Assembly (NCBI GenBank): GCA_002633005.1
Contig: NMRA01000057.1
Coordinates: forward strand, 240,836-304,835
From: Phoronis australis
Lineage: Eukaryota; Animalia; Phoronida
DNA length: 64,000 nt
Reading direction: 5' to 3'
Shown here: piece after piece, positions 15,301-25,997 of the stretch
Numbering within the stretch: position 1 is the first letter of the stretch
Layout of the letters: the number at the start of each line of letters is the position of its first letter
Position numbers and translations under genes: made by a program
The notes under the pieces: model-generated
Told to the model about the DNA's origin: nothing
The model's database searches: none
Seen by the model: only the letters and a program-made list of their open reading frames with translations

Positions 15301-18300
15301 GACTTGAGAATTATACTCAGTTACCAGTGGTAACCTACTTTAGCAGACGATAGTTTCCCAGTCTAAGCTTAGCGTGATAAAATGTGTTTTAAGCTATAAT
15401 AGTTGGTAAACCTTAATTTATAAATTCACTTTGTTTCTATTTTGTTAAAATTTACAATTGGTTTTGAGTAAAAACCAGTATTTGACAAAAATAGCTCGGC
15501 TTGTCTTAAAAGGTCGTGACCTTCGACCCCGGGCCTTTGACACAGAAAGTAGTTACAAAGCCGAGGCAAGTCAAGAAAGGTAAATCGATTCATTGCAATG
15601 TTTCATGTTTAGTATGTAGTATAAATAGATTATAACATGTTCTCAGCCGTTATCCCCCACATCTAGAGCCCTTGTGGATTTTGTAGAATTATCACCCTCG
15701 GGGTTGACACCCCTCGGGCGATAATTTTCCAAAATCCACTCGGGCTCTAGATAACAGGGGATAACAACTTCGTCATGTAATAATCTTTATTTATATCACA
15801 TCGTCAGTGTGTTTAAAAACTCTCGAGACATTGACTTCAGAACAACAGACCAATGAGTCAATTGTAAGATTTTCCAGAGTGCCCCATGAAGGAACTGTCT
15901 GGCCACTTTAAATGCTGCCAATTGAAGAGATAGCCCAAACTGTACAACATTTCCCTCCACATTATCTCATCTCAGTCATGAAACAAGTTGTGTCTGCACA
16001 ATAAATTTACCGCTCAGTTTGCTAATTTCCGCTGCCCTCCTGTCACAGATACTAGATAGGTCAAAGTTTTCCGATGTCAGCTGAGTAACACGGCGCTCTA
16101 AATCATCCTGAAATAACAAAAACTCTATTTCACTATCATAGTACAATGAAATATCTTCAGCTTAAAATGATATCGCGTAAAATCAGGTCTCTTGAGTTAT
16201 TTTTTACCTCACAATAGCAAATCTAAAATATTGGTTATTCAAGATTTGAGTATTCTGAACGGCCATTTTCATTAAGGCTTTTAATCCATCACTCAACAGA
16301 CAAGGAGAGGCAGTTTGTTTTGTCCACCACGTGGAACAGTACCACAGATTGTATCTCGCGAGAACACAGCGGAAAGCGCCACCTGTCCCGCCAGTCCAAT
16401 CATTCAACCATTACTTTAGACGGGAGCTGGACGTTACCGAGAGCTTAGGGATTTTTTAATTAGTATGACATAGTGCCACTGCACCAGTGGTGATCAGTTC
16501 ATGTGTATGGTAGTTATAACTATAACAGCAATGTGCCACTGCACCAGTGGTGATCTGTTCATGTGCATGGTAGTTGTAACTATTTGCTCTTCATGTTCCA
16601 AACGCTGGAGACACTTGATGTACCAGTATCTTCCCTGACAAATGGCGAAGAACGCGGAAATTTTTACGGCCCGAAACATGCGCGCAGCCGGCCTTAAAAA
16701 AGTCGGTGTGGACCTTTTGCAGACAGAAATCAGGAGGACTAAAAAAAAAAAAAAAAAAAGCGGTACCACCTCCGGAAGCGTGCGTCTGCGTCTGTCTTAG
16801 CTCGTCCGACACTTCCAAACATTTTTGCCTCCATAGTCGTAGTATTTGACACCGCGGTTTACAATCATACAAGCCGCCATTGAGGAAATCCACCACGTTT
16901 TTCCCAGATGCCCCGGCAATGTTGACAATTTACGTTCCTCCGAAACATAAAGAGCAACTTCCGCTTTTCGAGGTGAAAGTCGTCGGCAACGCGGCGGTAA
17001 GACAGAAATTTGCTGCGGAAATTTTATATGTAATCAGATTTTTCTACGCGGAAATATAATAAAATACGTGGAAAGAACGTTTGAAAAAAGCGGAAATCCG
17101 CGTTTCCACGGAAAATTCCAAGCCCTGCAACATATGCTGTACACATGCAGCCATAAGGAGTCGGGAGGAGCTCCTAGACATGGGTGTACTTTATTACCTA
17201 TTACAAACTATGTCTATATGTGATAAGAACCTAACTAAAGGATAATAAATAACCTTTCCACTTTATTAAATTTCTAGAGATTTCCCAGTCATTCCCCGCC
17301 ATGACAAACGGCTATGAAGATGGCAAATTCCAATTGAACTCGAGCACCATGATGGAAAATTTCGTAGGCATTCAGATGTCGTAACGGGGAATAACAGGTC
17401 ACTTTGTCCGATTATTTTCGGCTCGTATTGTACTTGCCTTGACAGTTTGGAATGCATCGTATTTCTCCTGGGTGTCTCTCAAGTTCTGGGTTACCTCTTT
17501 ATGCTTCTGATCTGTAACAAAAAACAATACAATGAAGAAAGCAAAACCTGGCAAAAGTTTACTACCGTTAGAATAACAAATGTCAAAATATAATTTTTCA
17601 GTAAAATAGTGATTAGCACAGCAGCAGTATGCAACTGGGATTTGACTATTTTTTTAGTTCTAAGAAATCAGATGTCTAAGACCGTACAAGAATGTATGAC
17701 TAGAATCTATGTGACTAGCATTGTCTGCGCAACGACAGATTTAAAGCCTAACTTCAACTTAGTAAAATAAGAAAACGAGAGTTCAATTGCGCAACTGAAA
17801 GCCCGTCAAATGATAAGTGAAGCTGGCTTTTCGAGCCCTGTTGCGTCAGCGCAAGATCCCAGCACAAACAACAAAGGCCGATAACAGTTGTATTGAATAG
17901 GGGTCTGAATAGAACACCATTGCGTGCGGGTGTTATTCGCAGCTGTTTGAATTAGAAGGTGATTCTCACGGTGACATAGACAAAACCAAGCCAATACGCC
18001 AAACAGTTCGTTACATTTGGCAATTTATGGCACTAGTAGACACAGAGCGATGCTCTTAACATACTGTAGGAACTAAATTTACAGGTGTTCCCGTTCAAGA
18101 TAGGCTTAAACATACCAAGCTGATCAAATTCAGTTTTCAGTTTCCCACACTTCAGCGTCTCACTCTCAAGTTGACCTTTGCAGTTGATAAACTCCTTTTC
18201 CAGTTCAAAGAACTGTTGCTCTGAAAACAATGTTTGGAAAAACAATGTCAAATTACAACCCTGGTGAAGGAAATGTAAGATAAACACTCGAGATGGTGAC

Positions 18301-19226
18301 GTGGAAACCATTCCTGCACATCGTATATGTTGCTTTTAGGGTTCATTTTAAGTATGTACAACAGATTATTGGAACGGGAACATTGCAAGAAGAGCATCAA
18401 GATGGAAATGATTGCATATGAGTTACAAACTGACAGAAAAATCATCTCTGAAAGTTGAATAATGTACAAGATAGGAGCAATTAAAGATTGTCCGGTACGC
18501 TACATAGCGCAAACTTCGTTAAGTCGCAAATCGCTAATAAGGTGGTCGTTAGAGAGATAAACCTTGTTACATCTAACAATTCCACCAAATTTAAGGAGAA
18601 TCCTGTAACATGTATTTTTTGAAAATCGGATATGGAATTACCCTTCCACAACGTTTCCTATGCGTAAAAGGTACTAATAACAACGTGATTAATGTTTTAA
18701 TCCTTGTGAGGCATAATTCGCCAATAAGCTTCTGGCGTATTAAGCTCTTATAGGAGCTTGACCAATTCTACTTCGGCCAGCTACAGACGGTGGTCACTGT
18801 TTAATTAGCAAGGTGAGTGTTGCCGGTTGACGCCAGATTTTGCATGCAATCTCATTATCTAGATATAATATGTTTCACGAGGCCAGGTTACGAGCAGAAC
18901 TAACCGGGCAGGGTTAAATGTGACATAAACATACAGTGATTCCTAGCTGTATTTTAACCTAAGTTTTTGTGACTTAGTCTTCGTGACTTAGTCTTCGTGA
19001 TTTAGTCAGTGTTCAGACAGTTCAAGCTGCCTTTTTACTAGTCGCATCGGCAGGGTAATGAGCAACAGAAAAGAATACCTGAATTCACTTTCAGTCGTTC
19101 GTATTTGACTTCTAGCTCTTCAAATCGCGTCCTTTCTCCTTCCAAGCGACACTCAACCTTCTCTTTAACGCCTTTTGGGAGAGAATCGAGCTCCGATTTT
19201 TCAAGCAACCCTTCCAGGCCCGCCAT
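317..19226 (-). CDS. TPR: Nucleoprotein TPR (nuclear basket coiled-coil protein), 5' portion; 24 coding exons (~1129 codons) in window, gene continues past position 1
   Basis: Spliced translation MAGLEGLLEKSELDSLPKGVKEKVE..KYERLKVNS/EQQFFELEK..., EEQYRSEVHAQTKLVTLYK, MSPSAAAVSSLLKSGKTLTQ/IYSEY, LDQILLEIEQKAP, LVSF/SIEELQEQNQKLL, MVESLVRQRDMYRVLL, AQQKYERELVQHAVDVE matches motifs recalled for TPR/Megator/Mlp; all exon phases join consistently. Confidence 0.97.
725..799 (-). CDS. TPR: TPR coding exon 23
   Basis: AQQKYERELVQHAVDVEMMNKYKTE (TPR_MLP1_2 motif). Confidence 0.93.
2148..2282 (-). CDS. TPR: TPR coding exon 22
   Basis: NAELRKQLAKVQNELEEA...ARKDCEGLVSMAAE. Confidence 0.9.
2683..2780 (-). 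CDS. TPR: TPR coding exon 21
   Basis: DAEKSESQLESLKKENQHLLSEN..., GTAAGT donor. Confidence 0.9.
3356..3674 (-). CDS. TPR: TPR coding exon 20
   Basis: LTSTKAKLASAETRL...HAEQYKSIAESVERSL..., GTGAG donor. Confidence 0.93.
4419..4529 (-). CDS. TPR: TPR coding exon 19
   Basis: AKIESLHSSLESSGQNTEKVREELV..., AG/GT. Confidence 0.88.
4959..5937. mobile_element. PIF/Harbinger-type MITE in TPR intron (spans N gap 5449-5893)
   Basis: TIR GGGCTGTTCCAG / CTGGAACAGCCC flanked by TAA on both sides; left arm repeated at 49743. Confidence 0.8.
5449..5893. other. Assembly gap (N run)
   Basis: Ns. Confidence 1.
6041..6181 (-). CDS. TPR: TPR coding exon 18
   Basis: NNLERSEFETKTLLGNRNEHLEGEL... Confidence 0.92.
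6897..7070 (-). CDS. TPR: TPR coding exon 17
   Basis: EIKTSQEYQARSEVRCENLQSE...VLANLQTIQ. Confidence 0.92.
7480..7702 (-). CDS. TPR: TPR coding exon 16
   Basis: LLNEQIESVG...LDYSAERYKILQTN...INTLRQ. Confidence 0.92.
8006..8178 (-). CDS. TPR: TPR coding exon 15
   Basis: LPDTPSKTQSP...LKTEYETYKKERTENT, AG/GT. Confidence 0.9.
8398..8542 (-). CDS. TPR: TPR coding exon 14
   Basis: TAELKSQLESAIKDL...MVESLVRQRDMYRVLLSQTGN. Confidence 0.93.
8939..9040 (-). CDS. TPR: TPR coding exon 13
   Basis: SIEELQEQNQKLLQVVRELSDKQEEEE. Confidence 0.93.
9427..9551 (-). CDS. TPR: TPR coding exon 12
   Basis: VRVLLKELEEARGSYV...VITRKLVSFR. Confidence 0.93.
10297..10404 (-). CDS. TPR: TPR coding exon 11
   Basis: ECERLRISSDDSQRKFGQLSRDNNRLTQQTVDLGLQ. 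Confidence 0.92.
10848..11045 (-). CDS. TPR: TPR coding exon 10
   Basis: IYSEYVEMSENYEKEKEENRRLNASLDQILLEIEQKAP... Confidence 0.94.
12234..12391 (-). CDS. TPR: TPR coding exon 9
   Basis: DEQIAKFERELSNAN...MSPSAAAVSSLLKSGKTLTQ. Confidence 0.94.
12961..13177 (-). CDS. TPR: TPR coding exon 8
   Basis: VEEQYRSEVHAQTKLVTLYK..., GTGAGT donor. Confidence 0.93.
13457..13621 (-). CDS. TPR: TPR coding exon 7
   Basis: SEKMLDLQTSVDVRTEE...REQQAQ, AG/GT. Confidence 0.92.
14032..14145 (-). CDS. TPR: TPR coding exon 6
   Basis: SREQRLEQERAQMQQQIDWLNSDLKEKT..., AG/GT. Confidence 0.92.
14463..14566 (-). CDS. TPR: TPR coding exon 5
   Basis: DEWKSLSERCTSLNNAKCEALAKLDELQSQETSFK, AG/GT. Confidence 0.92.
15015..15102 (-). 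mobile_element. tRNA-derived SINE head
   Basis: A-box-like TGGTGCAGTGG and B-box-like GGCTTGAAACC on minus strand. Confidence 0.5.
15621..15794. mobile_element. Foldback/palindromic MITE
   Basis: Near whole-length inverted repeat: GTTATCCCC..ATCTAGAGCCC..GTGGATTTTG / AAAATCCAC..GGGCTCTAGAT..GGGGATAAC. Confidence 0.75.
16011..16107 (-). CDS. TPR: TPR coding exon 4
   Basis: DDLERRVTQLTSENFDLSSICDRRAAEISKLS, AG/GT sites. Confidence 0.9.
16473..16583. repeat. 60-bp tandem duplication
   Basis: GTGCCACTGCACCAGTGGTGATC... twice, 60 bp apart. Confidence 0.8.
16636..17127 (-). mobile_element. ~500-bp non-autonomous DNA transposon (hAT-like MITE), one TIR truncated; inverted copy of 37916-38427
   Basis: High similarity to reverse complement of 37916-38415; ends ATTCCAAGCCCTG. 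Confidence 0.85.
17438..17511 (-). CDS. TPR: TPR coding exon 3 (followed by GC donor)
   Basis: DQKHKEVTQNLRDTQEKYDAFQTVK then AAG|GCAAGT; phase 0 fits next exon. Confidence 0.85.
18116..18220 (-). CDS. TPR: TPR coding exon 2
   Basis: ttttcAG acceptor, EQQFFELEKEF..., GTATG donor. Confidence 0.93.
19079..19226 (-). CDS. TPR: TPR coding exon 1
   Basis: ATG at 19226, MAGLEGLLEKSELDSLPK...KVNS, GT donor, phase 1. Confidence 0.93.
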
Positions 19227-19560
19227 GACTTGAATCGGAAGTGAAATCTTGTACCCACAAAATAGCAAAACGATGTTGTGAACTAGGTCGGTCTCGGCAA
19301 GACCGCAAACCGTGTTTACCATGCAGTCTCTCAATAACTTTTTACGCTCGCGACATTTAACGAGCTGACGAGGTACGACGTGTGAATTTTTATTCAAAAA
19401 TAGATCACAAACTATTCCCGGAGGTGAATTTGTGAATTCATGCGCGCATGCGGGGCTCGGGCGGCTAGAACGAGTGCCCCCCCGTGGCGAAGTGGGAAAA
19501 AAGGTCCGCCTCAGAGAAAGAAAAACGAGATAAAAGTCCTCTAAAAAGGTGCAAACGCAC
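19227..19560 (-). promoter_or_regulatory. CpG-rich TPR 5'UTR/promoter with NRF1-like GCGCATGCG site (~19444)
   Basis: CpG-dense stretch directly upstream of TPR ATG. Confidence 0.4.
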
Positions 19561-22190
19561 AATTCACAGCACATACAGCTCCGATAATGATACTGTTTTT
19601 TTTTTTCTTTTTTTCATTAGTCGACTGACTAATTTGTCATTGGTTAGTAAGAGGTCCACATCGCTAAGAATCCGAGCNNCCCCCCCCCCCCCATATTGAA
19701 GGCTGGGTACGCGCCTGGAATTGGCCTCGTCACCCATTTTCACCTTTCAGTAGGCCTACCCCGTGACGTGTGTCAAACTATCGTGAACGGTTAAATCAAT
19801 TATTGTTTAGTGAATAATATCGCAATAGTTGAATTATGTTAGTTTACATTATTTTATTAACGTGTAATTTGATTTAGTGCAGTGCATTTTTTATCAACAT
19901 GAACGTGACTATTTCAGTGAACTTGTCAAGTTCACGCACAAAGAGCACGCATCGCGGTCAGACGCACGGCGCGGACAATGTCCAAATTTTAAATCCCGCC
20001 CAGTCTCACCTACGATGAACCGGGGGTCCGCCATTCAAGGGGCCATTTGTTAACCACCATGAAGTGCTTGAGACTATTCGAGGTCAGTCACTGTCAGCAC
20101 TTGTACGGTTGTGGGAAGGACTCTTTTTTGCAGCTCGATCAGCCTGGTCGCCGTATAAACCCCTCTTCAAAACGTGTACATTTCGAGTCGGAAAAGTCGA
20201 GAAAATTTGTAAGGCAAAGATTTTGCAGAGTACCTTCATTCACTGGGCTTTTAAGCTCAAAGAGACAATTTTAAAGCCCTGTCTTGTCCGGCAAAACTAT
20301 ATTTCTATAAGAATCCCATTTCTCTGGCATGCAAGCTGTCGTCAACTTTTTATTTAATTCTCGAAATTCATCGATTTATAAAAACTGAGAACTCAAGTGA
20401 CATATAGCGTCATCAAATGTTGCACATTTTCAGTTTTTTATGAATTCCAGTATAAACCTCATTAGAGATTTGAGGTGCCCAGTCCTTGGAGGGGCAAGTA
20501 CATAGCATCCATGCGGACACCCTCAGTTTAACTTAATTCCTATAAGGGGCCGCTCGAATCAGAGAGGGCCTAATGATAGAATCAACTGTCTCTATTTTCC
20601 TCAGTGTTTTGTGAAATCGTACGACCTTTTATTAAAGTTCAGTTCTTGGAAGGTCACACGTCAGTGATGGTATTCATTAGCTGTTAGCTCTTTTAGTGGT
20701 AATCAGTGGCGTTTCATAGTGGTCCCGTTTCAGACTGGGTCCTCCTTCCGGCGGAAGGGCGCCCCGGCAACTCAGTTTCCCCTTTTCTCGATTGCCTTTC
20801 CCATAGTGTCGTGCGAAGATAGCATATCTTTTGAAGAAACTCGCACAAATGAACAGGTCGTGCGCTGTCGGAGACACGATTTTTGATGACTCCCTTTGTA
20901 CATGTCTCACTAGCGGATTGAGATGAGTACATATTGGCAAACAAACGGATTCAGCCATTTCGAAGTTCGAGTGTTTTTCAAAGCCCCGTAAATCGTTTTC
21001 GCATTATATCCAGGTTCACTTAATTGCATACATTCACAAGTAAGACTGAGCTCAGAGGAGTAGGAGAGACTTCTGTGCAGTGCTCGTTTGTCAGCCAGCA
21101 AAGCCGTGCGAATCCGAGTTTCTAAACCGGCGGAGTCCGGAGCTCAGACCACTGAGCCACAGGTGTCCTCGAATTCAAGTTCAACTCATAACCGACCGTA
21201 ACAGCTCAGGAATTAACCCAAATACACGTATTGAGTTCTCGAAGTGAATGGACGTGTTGTTTTACTCGTTCTACGAACACAACAGCCCGTGGACGCTCCC
21301 GCCCTTTTTAAATTACCCTTCATATGAAATCCTCCAAATTTTACATAATAAAATGAATCGTGACTTCATCATGATGATGGCCAGTGCAGACGGATATGAG
21401 AGCTGATCAGAGCTGCCTGTCTCAAATGAATCATATATGAGCCAACCTGAGGCTAGCCTAGTTCATCCAATTCGTATTTTCACAGTGAGCTGTGACCTCA
21501 CAGCTATGAGGCAGACAGCCCATCTCTCAGCTACTCCGTCTTTGCTGACCCGGGCCCATTCTTGCTCTCCGTGAGTTTTTGTTCAATGGTTACTCAAGTT
21601 CTCCGAGAACGGTGATGTCTGCCTCCCCCGGGTTTGCCTCCACCAACTGGTGGGAGAGGGGGATCGGTACAAAGTTGGTGAAATCCGGAGAATATGGGGG
21701 CACGTGCTTCCGCAGTCTTAGAAATAATGCATGAGAGATGAGGTGGTTACCCACCGTGTAAACATAATACTGCAATGGGCCATCAATCTGTTTGGGTGTC
21801 AGGAGTCAACAGAAAGTCCGGCGAAACAGCTCAATGACTGGCGCCATCAGCAGTGCAGTGGTAGCCTTATTGTAGTGAAATGCTGGACGAATTTTATCAT
21901 ATGTACCTGAACTATAGTGGAAGTCAACTTCTCTGAGACTAGCGAACTTCGTCAAATTCAACCGGAATGTGGCGCGGAAAAGTTTCTTCCCAAGACAGAA
22001 TCCTATATATTAGGCCTACCTATCATATCGCATTTAATATCAACCCTCCTAGACCTAAAACTCAAATTTTCTTCTGACGGTGTGGCCTACGTCCAGGTGT
22101 AATACTTTTTCACTAGTTTGGGATGGTGACTGTCAGCTACGTAAGTGGGTCAGGATGCTCAGTTTGCATGGCTGGCCAACTAATTTCATA

Positions 22191-22750
22191 TGTAACGGGA
22201 ATCGGTGGAGCGACCAGCACTGATCTACTTAGTATCTGAAATGTCGACTTTTCGTAGCCGATAAAAATATTTGCTGTGTTGTGTTCGTTTTCACTCGTTC
22301 GAATCGCATACTGGAGACAACTTATAGAGAGTGAAACAAGAGAGAAGTGGACAAACATACTGAGTTTATTATGCTCTAAATATAAAATACAAATCTACAA
22401 ACTTACAACTCATCATTAGCTTCCGTCGTCATCTCTGCTTTGACAAATAACCCTAAGAATATATAAGCAAGAAAATTATGCCGAAAAATGTTAAAGTTCG
22501 AATAGCAAGACCCAAAAAAGTTTTTAATTTGGTTGGAATTCCTTACGCCAAGACCCGGCGGAATCCAAAGTTTGTGCGTGAGGGGCCCATTTTTATAGGC
22601 ACACCACGAATGTACCAAATTGCGCTAAAATAGGGGTCTCAACCAATCAAAAGGTAAAGTGAAAATTTCATTGGAAGTACCAAATAAGTGAACTGACCAA
22701 CATACACCCCTTTAAAATATAATAGACCACTCTAGCTTCTGGAATAAACA
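22191..22750 (-). repeat. Gypsy 3' LTR (shared portion)
   Basis: Diverged direct repeat of 29748-30330. Confidence 0.85.
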
Positions 22751-23348
22751 TAGTCCTGACTGACAACTGGACTTAACTCATGACTCCATCAATAGATCGC
22801 GCTCTCCTCTATCAGATCTAAGATACTTTGTACATAGATTTAAGTCGTGAGTGAAAATAAAACCAATACTAAAATAATTAAAAAAAACATATAGCAAGTT
22901 ACCAAACACAATACACAATTTGGAACACTGTCAAATAATAAGTAAAAACTAACAACAATAATTGACTCTAAAGTACTGAACTAGCCTAACGTTGCACGAC
23001 ACAAAGACCGGTTGTGTGGCCTTACAAAAACCCTCACACGGATCACACCTGTATCCAAATACTCCCTAACTGGTTGTTTAAAATATCTCCAGGTTACTGT
23101 TCAATGTATTCTGGAACCTTTTCGGCGAATGGCCAATTGCTCCCCACTGCTGAGCCATGAGTCTCCGACCCGAAAGTTCTTCCGCCCTTTTCAAGCAGTC
23201 GCGGTCACAGGCGACCTCAGCTTCTGATCGTCCCCAATACACTATATGTAGTACAAGGTATGACACTCGAGACTAGAAATTCCACGGGTGCTTCACTTCA
23301 GCTGTCCATATCAAACACAAAACTCAATAAATTTACGCAAACAGGGGT

Positions 23349-23685
23349 TCAACAAATCATGAGCAAATGATTGTTCTCTCTTTTAACTTCATTCATGGTG
23401 TCCTGCTCCAGCGAATAGTGTATATGGTTGCGGTTGGGAACTATGGTCGTCGTCACGGAATCGTGCTTCTTCTTCGTCACGTGACGAGCCACCTGCCGTT
23501 TACGTTCGTGACGAAAACCGCAGGTCGTACACGCGAAGATCTTTTTCTTCTCCGCGCAGACTCTCTTGTGTTGCCAGAATTCCCGCAGACTGGAGAACTC
23601 TCGTCCACAGCCTTTTCCCATACAGACTTTTGTCCACGAGGGTCCATCCTTTCCATCAATGACCATCTCTTGATCTTGTAAAATT
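23349..23685 (-). CDS. C2H2/C2HC zinc-finger exon inside the Gypsy 3' region
   Basis: CMGKGCGREFSSLREFWQHKRVC and CTTCGFRHERKRQVARHVTKKKH; preceded in frame by TTTTTATTTACAG acceptor. Confidence 0.6.
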
Positions 23686-24484
23686 CTGTAAATAAAAAGA
23701 TAAACGTGATCATTTAGACATATCGGGCCGGCTTGCGAATAACCGAGGCCTCTCCTCGATCAGTGTCGGTCCGCGCGGGGTGTACCGTGGCATGATTCTG
23801 CCACTTGCGACGAGGTATTGTCCGAGCCCGCTTGCAAATCTGCTTCATCACCCGAGCAATCCTCATCCTCAGTTCGAGGCGCAGAATCACTTGATGTCGT
23901 GTGGGTTGGTCTTCCGAGGGATTCTCGTCCACACTGATAGTGGTACAGCATCCCAGGGATTCAAGCCCTCAGTGGTATGCACGGGCAACAGGCTTTTCCT
24001 GAATCCTGTAAAGGTAGGCCCTAGTCAATTAATACGCAAGAATTAAATAGGGTCCGCGCCAACCCAGTCATGAATTTCTGTTGAGCTGTGGGTGGGTACC
24101 ACTCCTATAAACAAAACTACTCTCCTCAAATAATTTATTCAAAACTGTCTCACAGTCATAATACGTTTTCTGCCGCCTACAACTGTTTTGTAGATTCTCC
24201 CTAGCAAATCCAAAAGAATTCTCGACAGATCGACTTCAGCCACTCGACCTATTGAACCATGACGGAGAGGATTCTGAATCCGCGGCCTCCACAGAACCAA
24301 TAGGAAGCGACATCTCGCGACCAAATATAGTACAGTCAGTCCTTTCATGAACAGTAGATCGGTATTCAAGCAAATTCCATTCACTAAATAAACGTTTGGT
24401 TAATGTATCATAAAAGCCGATTTCACCAAATGAGGGCTTTTCTACCGAGGCCTCTTTTCTTAAACAACAAGACTAATGACCGAA

Positions 24485-25997
24485 TCATCTACCTGAATTA
24501 ACTTGCGCAGTTCCTCTGAACTCCACTGAAGTTGGCAACCAAACACTAGAATCACTGGATTCACTACTAACCTTACGTTTTCTACATTTTGGCACAGCTG
24601 TCGCCACAAAACAACAATTTGGGCATTGCTGGCAATCTTCACGCTGACAACGTCGCCGGGGTTTCCTAGTGTAAAGATTCCCCTTACGATGTTTGATTTC
24701 AAAATCATAAGTGTCCAAAATAGCGATCCATCTCGCTACCATATCAACAGGTTCCTTAAAATTTCTTAGCCTTGTTTTAAAGGATTCTGATCTCACAGTA
24801 AATTTCCTATCCAACAATTGTAATGATGAAAATGCTTTACAAATGTCACCACGGCCAATAATTCATGATTCGTGGAACAATACCCCTGCTGAGAACGTTT
24901 TGCTAGCATAAGCTAGAACTTTTTCTTCACCATACCCGAGACAAAACACCTGAGATGCCAAATGCACTCGCGTCTATATCTAAAATGAACTCACCGTCCA
25001 CCGTCACGATCAGGACATGTGAAAATAGAATGATCAGTCAACGCAATCTTCAGCATTTTAAAAGGCTCCTCACACGAGCCATCCCATATGAAATTATGAT
25101 TTTTCTTCGTCAATGCCGTCAACGGAGCAGCTTTCGTAGAAAAGTCGGGAATGAACTTGTAGTAGGCCTACGAAGTAAACCCAAGAACACTCCGTACATC
25201 AGTGACACCTATTGGACACGACCAACACTCGACCGCTTCAACTTTCGCGGGATCACACTACTATTTGTTGAACTGCATGCCCTAAAAAGTTAACCTTATG
25301 CTTACACAATGCGCACTTTTTAGACTTCAGCCTCAAACCATGCAGTGTTACGTAAACGAACGAAAACTTGTTCTGAATTGGATAACGAGTCATCGAACGT
25401 TTCAATTACACAAGACGACGTCGTCTATACTTACAATAATTCAACACTTATTCCATAATGAACCCTCTAAAACATTCTCCACCAGTCACTCAAACGAGCC
25501 AAAGGCGTTACAAAGACCAAACGGTAAGACTTTGAATGCTCACAAACCATGCATGACCAGGTGCGTAAAATGCAGTTTTCCCCCCTGTCCTCTTCCGCCA
25601 GTACTGAACCAATACTGAGATTGAGTCAAGCGACGTGGAGAAAAACGAATGACACCCAACTGATCAAAACACGAATCTCTGATTCTCGGGACGGGAGCGG
25701 AAATGCATCTTTGGTTGCCACGGAATTAAACGCTCTAAAATCAATACAAAATCTCCAACTTTTCTCACCCGGACTACCTACCTTTTTAAGAACTAAACAT
25801 ATATTAGACGCCCAAGGACTGTCGCTACCTGTGGAAATCGTTTTCTCAATCCCTCGATCCACACTTTTTTCTCGTTGTGCGCGGGGAATGCGTCTCGGCG
25901 TTTGTTTAATGGGATGATTGTCCCCCCTATGGATTTTATGTCGGACTTTATCAGTGAGACCCAACTCTCTATTTGGTCCCTCAAAATCAATGATCAA
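24485..25997 (-). pseudogene. Gypsy pol remnant (RT + RNase H), multiple stops/frameshifts
   Basis: HPIKQTPRRIP, SPWASNICLV, WRFCIDFRAFN..KDAFPLP, VLPFGLCNA, IVSIDDVV (YxDD decayed), FILDIDASAFGISGV, VARWIAILDTYDFEIKHRKG. Confidence 0.92.

Noticed and set aside
19227-19574. N-terminal 116 codons of ORF 19038-19574 as part of TPR
   Set aside because: TPR similarity starts at Met 19226; upstream part has a non-ATG start and promoter-like composition
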